Shown: positions 36,532 to 44,893 of the stretch, one piece after another | Layout of the letters: each line of letters begins with the position of its first letter | Numbering within the stretch: the stretch's first letter is position 1 | Assembly (NCBI GenBank): GCA_964450075.1 | Contig: CAYVFA010000003.1 | Location: 1 to 46,367, forward strand | Direction: 5' to 3' | Source: an uncultured Smithella sp. | GTDB lineage: Bacteria; Desulfobacterota; Syntrophia; Syntrophales; Smithellaceae | DNA: 46,367 nt | Position numbers and translations under genes: made by a program | Notes under the pieces: generated by a model | What the model was told of the DNA's origin: nothing | The model's input: the letters and a program-made list of their open reading frames with translations, nothing else | Database searches by the model: none

Positions 36532-38556
36532 ATGTCGGTGTTGGACTCAGTAATCAAGAAATACCATTCATATAAAATATCCACGCAATATCTTCTTTTG
36601 CTCATTCCCGCAATTTCCCTGCTTTTCATAACTTTCGCCATTGCCGTGTATCATCTGGGTAAACCGGAAGCTATGAAAACCAACCTTGAAATATCTGAAA
36701 TCATCGCAAAAAAAACGAATCAGGCATTGATCCGATGGCTTGAAGAGCAGATTCGCACCGCCCAGACTATTGCCCGGGACCCGCGCATTGTTGATGTATG
36801 CGCGACACCTGCGGACACACAAAAAAGATCGGCCGCGCAAAAATTCCTGTCGGAGATGCACGCGCGTTATCCCTATTATGAAAATATTCCTCTGGCGATC
36901 AAACTTGCCGAAGGTCAGACGATCCTGATAGAGGCAGGGAATGAAAAAAAGTTGATTGGCAACGGGAATTTCTTTATCGATACGGTGGATGGCAAAACGA
37001 TCGGGAAATGCGGTCCCGATTTCAGCTATATTAAAGCGGTATTTTCCGGGAAACCTTATTATATCAGTGAGGTCTATCCCAGTCTCCTGAGGGGTAACCC
37101 CATCTTTGTCGTTGCCGTTCCCATTGTTCAAAACGGCGCCATCATTGGCGCAACCATCGTTGCACCGAGAATGGACTATTTCACGGAGTTCTTTGTGGAA
37201 AAGTCGGTTATCGGTGTCACAGGCTATCTGTCGATGATCGATCATGATGGTATGATTATTTCGCATCCCCAAAAAAAATTGATACTGAATTCAAAAGGCC
37301 AGGATTTAATCAAACCGGTGATGGAAAGAATCGGCGGAGGCGAATCCTACTTTGTGTCGTCCTTTGAGGGAACTAAAAAAGTTTATTATGTAGAAAAATT
37401 AACAACAACACAGTTTCATATGGAGGATAGCTGGTACATTATTTTTTCCCGTGGATACGATGAGGTTCTGGAAGGAATATACGCCTTCCTGAAAAAGACA
37501 TTTATCAGTATGCTGCTGATCGCCATTTTGGTAACCCTGCTTGTATATTTATTGACAAGAACCCTGATCACCAAACCAATGGATAACGTTACGGAGGCGA
37601 CCAACAGCATTGCCCATGGCGATCTTCGCGTTAAAATAAACTCGGGTGAAAGCCTGAACGAAGTGGGAATTTTGAGTCGGGCCATCAACAACATGACGGG
37701 CAACATTCGTGAACAAACGATAAAAATTAAAGAGGCTGTCGATACCCTTAATGAAATTGCCGCATCCATTGTGACGGCTTCCAGTCAGCAGGAAGAGGCG
37801 ATGAAAGGTTTTGAAGGAAACGTGGCACAGGTGGGCGTTTCCGCAACTCAGATCTCCGCGACGTCTCAAGAACTGGCTAGAACCATGGACGGTGTAAAGA
37901 ATGCCGCCTTGGAGGCGTCCCGTCTGGCCAATGCCGGGCAGGCAAGCCTTTCCGGTTTACAGGGCGCCATGCAAACGCTGTCGAATGGAACGGATGTTAT
38001 TTCGGAAAAGCTTGCGTTGATGCACCAGAAGGCCGAAAGTGTGGACAGTATTATTGCAACGATTACAAAAATATCGGATCAGACAAATCTCCTGTCGCTC
38101 AATGCCGCAATCGAAGCGGAAAAAGCAGGCGAGTACGGCAGAGGCTTTTCCGTTGTCGCCCGGGAAATCGGACGTCTGGCCAATGAAACAGCGATCTCGA
38201 CACTGGATATTTCCGATATCATCAATGAAATGCAGGCATCTGTCGAAGATGGCGTCAAAGAGATGGATCGTTTCCGGGAAGGGGTGACCCACGGGGTCCG
38301 GTCGGCAGGTGACGCCACGATGCAACTCTCACAGGTTATTGCCAAGGTCGCCAATCTCAGCCCGGAATTTGATAAAGTGAATGAAGGCATGCATTTCCAA
38401 TCCCTGGGTTCCCGGCAGATCAGCGATGCGATGGCGGATCTGAATCATGGCGCAGGCCAGCTGTCCAGTGCGCTTTCACAGTTCAAGGCCGTCACGGATC
38501 AGCTCAATTCAGCCGCAAGCCAGCTCATGCATACCGTTTCCCGCGCCAAAGTATAA
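36532..38556 (+). CDS. Methyl-accepting chemotaxis protein with a dCache-like periplasmic domain and HAMP
   Basis: TM1 [20 protein letters not shown], a Cache-like region (YYISEVYPS...[11 protein letters not shown] ... [16 protein letters not shown]), TM2, HAMP (AHGDLRVKI), and the tip [28 protein letters not shown]. Confidence 0.9.
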   Translation: [674 protein letters not shown]

Positions 38557-38590
38557 AAAAATGGCATCGGAATTGTTATCAAAAATAAAA

Positions 38591-39826
38591 TCAATTTTCT
38601 AAGCAGTATTTCTCGATTTCATCGGCAACCTTCCTGGCAAAGGCCACCGCTTCAACAACCGTTTTCGGGCCTGTGACGATATCACCCGCCGCGAACACGC
38701 CCGGTGAAGAGGTATGGCCGTTGGCATCGGCGTTTACCAGACCGCTTTTTGTTTTTGAAACATTGCTGTCGGTCATCACCGCTCCCTGCGGCCCCTGGCC
38801 AATCGCAAGGATAATCGAATCGGCGGGAATTTTCCGGATGCGGGTAAAATCTTCTTCGCAGATGAATCCATTCTCCGTTTTTTCTGCCGTGACGGTAACA
38901 CATTTCACGCCGTCCTCTTCGAGCTTAATAGCCTGCAGAAGATGGATAAACAGGACGCCTTCCTCAACCGCTTCGGCAATTTCGCGCTTGTTACCCGTCA
39001 TGGCTTCTTCCGGAAGGCTGTTGATAACCGTAACATGGCTGTCGGGGCCGATATGACGGATCGCAATTCTCGAGGCGTCCAGTGCCACATTTCCCGCTCC
39101 CACCACCACAACGTTTTTGCCCAAACGGTAAGCTTCGGGGCTTTTGAGATAGTCGATGGCGTAATAAACATTGCCGAGGGTTTCACCCAGCAGGCCAAGC
39201 TTGTTGGGCTTTGCCGTACCGACAGCGATAAAGATGGCTTTGTAGCCGTCGATAAACATATCATCAAGCGTTATGGATGATCCGATAAAGCTGTTCGGCT
39301 TGAACCGGACGCCTAGTGCCTTTAAAATGGGTTCGTATCTTGAAACAATTTCTCTGGGGAGACGAAATTCCGGAATACCGTATCTTAAAACGCCGCCCAT
39401 CTTGTCGCGGGCTTCCATTAACGTGACCTGAAAGCCCTTCAGGGAGAGAAGAATGCTCATGGTTATTCCCGCGGGACCGGAACCGATAACGGCAACATGA
39501 ATATTCTTCTTATCGATAACCGGTGGGGTGTATTCGTTGAGATATTTCCCCGAAAGATATTGTTCGATCTTGAAGAATTCCACCGGATCGGATTTTTTGC
39601 CCAGTACGCAATGGCCATAGCAGTTACGCTCATGCGGGCAGACGATGGAACATATAGCGGAAAGCGGATTATTCCCAAACAGCATTTCCGAAGCTTCTTG
39701 CTCCTTCTCTTCCTCAAAGAGCCTTATGACGTCGGGGATCGGCGTGGACACAGGGCAGCTTTTCCGGCACTGGGGGACCTTACATTTTAAACAACGCGAT
39801 GATATCTGATGAAGCAATGTGATCAA
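38591..39826 (-). CDS. GltD/SudA/NfnB-like NAD(P)H-dependent Fe-S flavoprotein oxidoreductase
   Basis: N-terminal Cys clusters (RCLKCKVPQCRKSCPVSTPIP; ICSIVCPHERNCYGHC). FAD fold VAVIGSGPAGI, GG.LRYGIPEFRLP, NAD fold VVVVGAGNVALD, and GVFAAGD. The start codon is TTG (39826 or 39817). Confidence 0.82.
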   Translation of the reverse strand: MITLLHQISSRCLKCKVPQCRKSCPVSTPIPDVIRLFEEEKEQEASEMLFGNNPLSAICSIVCPHERNCYGHCVLGKKSDPVEFFKIEQYLSGKYLNEYTPPVIDKKNIHVAVIGSGPAGITMSILLSLKGFQVTLMEARDKMGGVLRYGIPEFRLPREIVSRYEPILKALGVRFKPNSFIGSSITLDDMFIDGYKAIFIAVGTAKPNKLGLLGETLGNVYYAIDYLKSPEAYRLGKNVVVVGAGNVALDASRIAIRHIGPDSHVTVINSLPEEAMTGNKREIAEAVEEGVLFIHLLQAIKLEEDGVKCVTVTAEKTENGFICEEDFTRIRKIPADSIILAIGQGPQGAVMTDSNVSKTKSGLVNADANGHTSSPGVFAAGDIVTGPKTVVEAVAFARKVADEIEKYCLEN

Positions 39827-39830
39827 ATCC

Positions 39831-39850
39831 TTTCAGTTCATTTCAGTTCA
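39831..39850. repeat. Perfect 10 bp tandem duplication, TTTCAGTTCA x2
   Basis: Read directly at 39831-39840 and 39841-39850. It spans the MOSC stop codon and the 21 nt spacer before the GltD-like start. Confidence 0.9.
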
Positions 39851-40282
39851 TTCGACAACTTTTATTTCATCTCCGACGGAAATGGCGCCTTCCGATAAAA
39901 CGCGGACAAAAATTCCTTCCTTGGGCATGACGCAATCACCCACAGCATGATAGATCGCGCAGGGCGTCAGGCAGGTCTTGCCGATTTGCGTAACTTCCAA
40001 GAGCACATCTTGGCCTGCTTGAAGTTTTGTCCCCACAGGCAAGGTGTAAAGTTCGATACCCTGCGTGGTCAGATTTTCGGCAAAGTCTCCAAAATTGACA
40101 TTCAATCCCTTTTGCCAGATTTTTTCGATGCTTTCCTGCGCAAGCAGGCTGATCTGGCGAATGACCATGCCGATATGGGCGTCGTTTTCCAATCCCTGGT
40201 TGATGATGGCGCGGCAGATCGAGACGTTGTGCTTTTTCTCGCCTTTTTTCTCGCTGAGATTAACCGATAGAATCTTGCCCAT
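39848..40282 (-). CDS. Stand-alone MOSC domain protein
   Basis: G.I.SVN.S..KG..K......A.....GL..D.H, FGENL.T.G..L..L.VG..L......LEVTQIGK.C..PC.I and G.F..VL..G.I.VGD.I match the MOSC beta-barrel pattern with its conserved Cys. Confidence 0.75.
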   Translation of the reverse strand: MGKILSVNLSEKKGEKKHNVSICRAIINQGLENDAHIGMVIRQISLLAQESIEKIWQKGLNVNFGDFAENLTTQGIELYTLPVGTKLQAGQDVLLEVTQIGKTCLTPCAIYHAVGDCVMPKEGIFVRVLSEGAISVGDEIKVVE

Positions 40283-40284
40283 GG

Positions 40285-40665
40285 TTATGAATTCCTCATC
40301 GCGACGGCCTCAATTTCCAACGGCACGCCTTTGGGTAAAGCCGATACTTCAATAGTTGAGCGGGCAGGGGGGGAAGCGGTGAAAAAGCCCGCATAAATTT
40401 CATTAACAGCGGTGAAGTCGTTCATGTCTTTTAAAAAGATAGTTGTCTTTACAATATTATTCATGGACAAACCGTTTTCTTCAAGCAGGGTTTGAAGATT
40501 GGTTAATGCCTGGCGGGTAGCCTGCCGGATGTCCATAACGATTTCACCGGTCGCGGGATTAATCGGCAGTTGCCCGGATATGAAAATAAGCCCGTTTGCT
40601 TCCACAGCCAGTGAATAGGGTCCGGCGACAGGCAGTTTGTTTGATGTGAGTATTTTCTTTTCCAT
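40285..40665 (-). CDS. ridA: RidA/YjgF-family reactive enamine/imine deaminase
   Basis: AP...GPYS.AV...G.IFISGQLP..P.TGE, Q..Q.L.NL..LL, V.KTTIFL.DM.DF..VNE.Y..FF....PARS..EV..LP.G, 126 aa. Confidence 0.88.
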   Translation of the reverse strand: MEKKILTSNKLPVAGPYSLAVEANGLIFISGQLPINPATGEIVMDIRQATRQALTNLQTLLEENGLSMNNIVKTTIFLKDMNDFTAVNEIYAGFFTASPPARSTIEVSALPKGVPLEIEAVAMRNS

Positions 40666-40679
40666 GGGGCTCTCCTTCG

Positions 40680-41270
40680 TTATTTGGTCAGGACAAAAAT
40701 GGCATTTTGCGCCAGCAGATTAGGCAGAAAAGAAATCCGGCCTTTTTTGCCGAGATAATACCGCTGCTCAATATGAATGTTCTTCTTGTCGCAGTAGTCG
40801 ATAAAATCACTGATGGTCAGGAAACGGATGTTGGGTGTTTCAAACCAGTAATAGGGCAGGGCTTCATTGATCGGCGTCTTACCGGTGAAAAAAAGGGTCC
40901 AGCGCGCCGAAAGATGCGCGAAGTTGGGAAAACCCACAATGACCTTATGTCCCAGACGAAGGGATTCCTGAATCACATAATCCGCTTTTTTGATTTCCTG
41001 CATGATCTGATTGAGAATGACATAATCAAAAGACTGGTCGGGATAATCCGCCAGACCGCTTTCAATATCGCCCTGTAAGACGGTCAATCCATTTTCCACA
41101 CAGGTGTGCATCTGCTCTTCATCAAGCTCGATGCCCTGCACCAGGGCCTTTTTATGCTGCCGTAAAAGAGAAAGCAGTTCTCCGTTACCGCAGCCCAGAT
41201 CTAAAACATGTGCGCCTTCATGGATAATATCCGCAATGATTTGATGGTCAGGTTTCATGGGTTTTGTCAT
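40680..41270 (-). CDS. metW: Methionine biosynthesis protein MetW
   Basis: VLDLGCGNGELL..L.......GIE.D......C...GL.V.QGD...GL, then IL.Q.....K ... VSFPNF-like VGFPNFAH and W. It lies directly downstream of metX. Confidence 0.85.
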   Translation of the reverse strand: MTKPMKPDHQIIADIIHEGAHVLDLGCGNGELLSLLRQHKKALVQGIELDEEQMHTCVENGLTVLQGDIESGLADYPDQSFDYVILNQIMQEIKKADYVIQESLRLGHKVIVGFPNFAHLSARWTLFFTGKTPINEALPYYWFETPNIRFLTISDFIDYCDKKNIHIEQRYYLGKKGRISFLPNLLAQNAIFVLTK

Positions 41271-41275
41271 TTCTT

Positions 41276-42424
41276 TCAGACTTGATGAATATTGGCCAGA
41301 AAATTTTTAATCAATCTTGCTTCATCTTCTATCTCAATCAAAAACGCATCGTGGCCGTATGTCGATATCAGATCAAAATAAGTGGTGAAGGCGTGTTTTC
41401 GCTTTAATGCGCGAACGATATCCTGCGACTGATAAGAAGGATAAAGCCAGTCGGTTTTAAAGGAAAGAACCAGAAACCGGACGGTTGTTTTTTTGACGTC
41501 CGGAATAAAATGCGCGCCGGAAAGATCAAAATAGTCAAGCGCCTTGGTGATGTAGAGATAAGAATTCGCGTCAAAGCGTTTGACAAAATTGTAGCCCCGA
41601 TATCGCAGATAACCTTCCACTTCGAAGTCGTCGGTAAACTGAAAACTTAGGTTATCGTTTTTAAGACGGCGCGAAAATTTTTCTTCCATGGATTGATCGC
41701 TCATGAAGGTGATGTGACCGATCATACGCGCAACGGCCAGACCGTTTTCCGGCTGTCCGTGTTCATAATAGAAACCCTTGCGCCAGGCCGGGTCGGCCAT
41801 GATCGACTGCCGGATCACTTCATTAAAGGCAATCTGCTGCGGAGAATGCTTGAGAGCCGTGGCAATCGGAATGGCGGCGAGCAAGCGGTCAGGGTATGCT
41901 GACGCCCATTGCAGGGTCTGCATGCCGCCCATCGAGCCGCCGATGACGCACAGGAGTTTTTCAATGCCGAATGCGTCGATTAAATATCTCTGGGCTTCCA
42001 CCATGTCAGCAATCGTAATCATGGGAAAATCCAGTGCGTAAGGTTTGCCCGTTTCGGGATTGATCGAAGAAGGCCCCGTGCTACCCTTGCAGCCGCCGAT
42101 AACATTGGAGCAGATGACAAAATATTGATCGGTGTCGAGTGCTTTTCCCGGGCCGATCAGGCCATCCCACCAGCCGGGGGTTTTGTCATCGGCGGAAATT
42201 CCCGCCGCGTGCGCGTCGCCGGAAAGGGCGTGGCACACCAGAATGGCATTTGATTTGGCCGCGTTGAGCTTGCCGTATGTTTCATAAGCAATCGTAACGG
42301 GACCGATGCTGCGTCCCGACTTGAGCTGCAACGAATGGGGCGGTTCGGCAAAAGTTAAATATTGGGTATGGATAATACCTGGAGAATCTATTTTTGACTT
42401 TTGTGTTTTATGGGTGATGTCCAT
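41276..42424 (-). CDS. metX: Homoserine O-acetyltransferase
   Basis: L..G......I.YETYG.LN....NA.L.CHAL.GD.H, GWWD..IGPGKA.DT..YF..C.N..G.C.GSTGP, the nucleophile-elbow GGSMGGMQ.LQW, and a late HDAFL. Confidence 0.92.
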   Translation of the reverse strand: MDITHKTQKSKIDSPGIIHTQYLTFAEPPHSLQLKSGRSIGPVTIAYETYGKLNAAKSNAILVCHALSGDAHAAGISADDKTPGWWDGLIGPGKALDTDQYFVICSNVIGGCKGSTGPSSINPETGKPYALDFPMITIADMVEAQRYLIDAFGIEKLLCVIGGSMGGMQTLQWASAYPDRLLAAIPIATALKHSPQQIAFNEVIRQSIMADPAWRKGFYYEHGQPENGLAVARMIGHITFMSDQSMEEKFSRRLKNDNLSFQFTDDFEVEGYLRYRGYNFVKRFDANSYLYITKALDYFDLSGAHFIPDVKKTTVRFLVLSFKTDWLYPSYQSQDIVRALKRKHAFTTYFDLISTYGHDAFLIEIEDEARLIKNFLANIHQV

Positions 42425-42433
42425 GTGTTTCTC

Positions 42434-42892
42434 TTATCCGCTTTTTTTGATGGATCTGGAGACGGGCCGGGCAAGGTCTTTTTTAGCTTCACGGCCGGAA
42501 ACCAATTGTGCAAGCGTTACGGCAGCCATCGCTTCTTTAATCGTATTGCTGAGCTGTGCCCAGGTATCTCTGGTCGGGCAGACAAGTGTTCTCGGGCAGA
42601 TAGCAGGATCCTTGACACAGTTGACCAAGCATGTTTCTCCTTCCACCGCCTCCACAATATCGCATAATGAAATATCTTTCGGTTCTCTGGCCAGGATATA
42701 ACCGCCGCGGGCGCCCCGGATGGATCGAAGGAGTCCGGCTGCTCTTAAAGGGATGACGATCAAACTCAGGTATTTTTCCGATATGTCTTCACTGGCGGCG
42801 ATGTCCTTGAGAAGGACGGACTTACCACCTTCGGCTGCAGCCAAAGCAATCATTAGCCGGACGCCATATCTTGAACGAGTCGATAGTTTCAT
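42434..42892 (-). CDS. Rrf2-family transcriptional regulator with a C-terminal Cys cluster
   Basis: Canonical N-terminus MKLSTRSRYGVRLMIALA and wHTH (ISEKYLSLIVIPLRAAGLLRSIRGARGGY.LA). The Cys cluster is C-x3-C-x6-C-x5-C (CLVNCVKDPAICPRTLVC). The start is trimmed to ATG 42892; the track uses TTG 42949. Confidence 0.88.
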   Translation of the reverse strand: MKLSTRSRYGVRLMIALAAAEGGKSVLLKDIAASEDISEKYLSLIVIPLRAAGLLRSIRGARGGYILAREPKDISLCDIVEAVEGETCLVNCVKDPAICPRTLVCPTRDTWAQLSNTIKEAMAAVTLAQLVSGREAKKDLARPVSRSIKKSG

Positions 42893-42926
42893 AAGCACAT
42901 ACTCATTAAAACGCTTGATATTATTC

Positions 42927-42949
42927 TTGATCAGGAAGTGACTGATCAA
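42927..42949 (-). promoter_or_regulatory. Perfect inverted repeat TTGATCAG-N7-CTGATCAA in the leader of the Rrf2-metX operon; candidate operator
   Basis: An 8 bp perfect arms palindrome read directly. It lies 35-57 nt upstream of the Rrf2 ATG and downstream of a minus-strand TTGACA (complement of 42991-42996) that has imperfect -10 candidates. Confidence 0.4.
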
Positions 42950-43062
42950 ACACTATTCTATTGCTAGTCATTATGGTAGAAACTGAAATTTGTCAAGAAT
43001 TATACAAAGGACAAGTAGATCAGCAAAAAATTGGAGCAGGTTTTGATGCCAGACGGCAACGG

Positions 43063-44289
43063 CTAATCGACGCTCTCTGATTTGTTGGCTGATTTTAAAG
43101 TATCCGAAAAAATATAAAGTTTATCGCCGGCCGTAATTTTTCTGTCGCTGCCGATCTTGTTCCAAATCACCAGAGCTTTATAGGGTACCTTGAAGCGGGC
43201 GGCAATGCCTGCAAGAGTGTCTCCTTTTTTAACGGTATAAACAGAGTTACTTTGCAGGGCAAGCCATTCGGTCATGAGTTTATGATAGCGTTCGGCAAAA
43301 CCGTTTGCCGTCCCTTTGGGAATGTGGATCTGATGGGAGCCTGCCGGCAGATGATAATACTTAATGTGCGGGTTGAGATCTTTAATGACTTTGAAATATG
43401 TGTTGGCCGCTTGTGCGATAATGTGCAGCGGAACCGGTTGACTGGCTTTTATTTCTACCGGATCAAATGGTCTTGGTAAATACAGATCATCTTCGGACAG
43501 GACATAACCGAATTTTGCCGGATTGGACATGATGATCTTTGCCGCCAGTATCCGGAAAACATATCGCTGTGTTTCCTGATTTAAGTAAAGTTGGTAATAG
43601 TTATTGACCTTCTGAACCAGAATTTCGGATTTCAGACCGTCTTCACCCATGTTATAAGCGGCTGCGGCAAGCGTCCAGGAATCAAAGAGAGCGTGAAGTT
43701 TTTTGAGATATTTTACGGCTGCCGACGTTGCTTTGTAAACATTTCTTCTTTCGTCAATGTCATTCGAGATTTCCAGACCGTATCTTGCGCCTGTGCTTTC
43801 GATAAACTGCCAGTATCCCGCCGCTCCCTTGTTGGAGAAAGCCAGCGGCCGAAGAGAACTTTCCGCGATGGCGATGTACTTGAGATCATCAGGCAGCCCA
43901 TTGGCTTTCAATACTTTCTCAATTTCTGGAAAATAGCGGTTAGCACGCTTCAACCAGAGAATGGTGTCGTCGCTGTTATCCAGTGACAACAGCATCTCCC
44001 GTTCGAGTCGTTCTTTCACATCGGGGTTGGCAAGCGGGACCGGCTCACCGCAGAAGCTGAGCGGTTCCGTAATTCTGATGGCTTCCAGGATGGTCTGTCC
44101 GGCGGATCGCGGTTCTTTAATTTGAGGATAATTTGTCGGTTGATCAGTCTGTGGCGCTTTAATCTGAGGTTGGAGAGCCCCTCCGGCGGATTGTGGTGCT
44201 TTATTCAGCGTGTCACCCGTTGGCGCACAGGAAAGAATGATCATGAAGAATATGAATAATGCCAGCAGCCTGTGAAGTAAAGTCCTCAA
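43063..44289 (-). CDS. MltD-like lytic transglycosylase lipoprotein with a C-terminal LysM domain
   Basis: Lipobox-like FFMIILSC. SLT catalytic block AIAESSL.P.A.S..GAAGYWQF...TG. LysM YTVKKGDTLAGIAARF.V....L..WN. TTG start with GGAGGA 6 nt upstream. Confidence 0.82.
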   Translation of the reverse strand: MRTLLHRLLALFIFFMIILSCAPTGDTLNKAPQSAGGALQPQIKAPQTDQPTNYPQIKEPRSAGQTILEAIRITEPLSFCGEPVPLANPDVKERLEREMLLSLDNSDDTILWLKRANRYFPEIEKVLKANGLPDDLKYIAIAESSLRPLAFSNKGAAGYWQFIESTGARYGLEISNDIDERRNVYKATSAAVKYLKKLHALFDSWTLAAAAYNMGEDGLKSEILVQKVNNYYQLYLNQETQRYVFRILAAKIIMSNPAKFGYVLSEDDLYLPRPFDPVEIKASQPVPLHIIAQAANTYFKVIKDLNPHIKYYHLPAGSHQIHIPKGTANGFAERYHKLMTEWLALQSNSVYTVKKGDTLAGIAARFKVPYKALVIWNKIGSDRKITAGDKLYIFSDTLKSANKSESVD

Positions 44290-44322
44290 AACAAATCCTC
44301 CCCGGGAAAATATTGCGGTTAT

Positions 44323-44700
44323 TTACTTGCTTTCCGGTTTTAATTTCGAACCGGGATTGGATACGGTATCTTTGAGTTCTTTGACGCCTTGCTTCGTGCC
44401 TTCTTTGATTTCTTTAAATTCCTTTTTGGCGCTTTCTTTGATTTCCCTGGACTGTTGAACAGTCGCGTCTTTTGCTTCTTTTAAGCCTTTGGGGATATCT
44501 TCTTTCATGGCCTTGGCATCCCGGACAATGGCGTCCTTATAGCCTTTAACCGTTCCGTCTTTCACGTCTTTGGCCGTGCCTTTGGCAGAGTCGGTGACAC
44601 TTTTATCTGATGATACCTTGGTTTCTTCAGCGACGGATGTTATCAGGCCGAAGCCGAGAAGGAAATAAACAGTAAACATGCAAATGATGGCTCTTTTCAT
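44323..44700 (-). CDS. Secreted or anchored Lys-rich protein built from 11-residue repeats
   Basis: N-terminal hydrophobic signal/anchor (AIICMFTVYFLLGFGLITSVA). Seven 11-mers follow, with K at repeat position 8 and D/E at position 9. Confidence 0.6.
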   Translation of the reverse strand: MKRAIICMFTVYFLLGFGLITSVAEETKVSSDKSVTDSAKGTAKDVKDGTVKGYKDAIVRDAKAMKEDIPKGLKEAKDATVQQSREIKESAKKEFKEIKEGTKQGVKELKDTVSNPGSKLKPESK

Positions 44701-44893
44701 TTTATTGTCTCCTTAAAAATTCTTTCAAGATGAAGTTATTTTTGTTGAAAGAGTATAGGCAAAAAGGAAAACAATTGTCAATAAAAGGAATCGGAAATGT
44801 ACATATTATAACTTGACGGATCGGTTCATCTCATAATAAGCAGGCACTTAACTGCCAAGTCCAGGCAGTAAAAAACATAAACAGGAGAAGATT

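Noticed and set aside
42893-43062. I looked for a SAM (S-box or other) riboswitch in the leader of the Rrf2-metX-metW operon.
   Set aside because: No conserved SAM-riboswitch core or multi-stem junction could be recognised by eye on the minus strand; only a simple 8 bp dyad was seen. A covariance-model scan would be needed to exclude one formally.
44840-44870. Alternative short hairpins (GGCA-N6-TGCC and ACTGCC-N7-GGCAGT) in the purB leader could be a purine-responsive element.
   Set aside because: The stems are only 4-6 bp and show no resemblance to the purine riboswitch three-way junction. They are most likely incidental.
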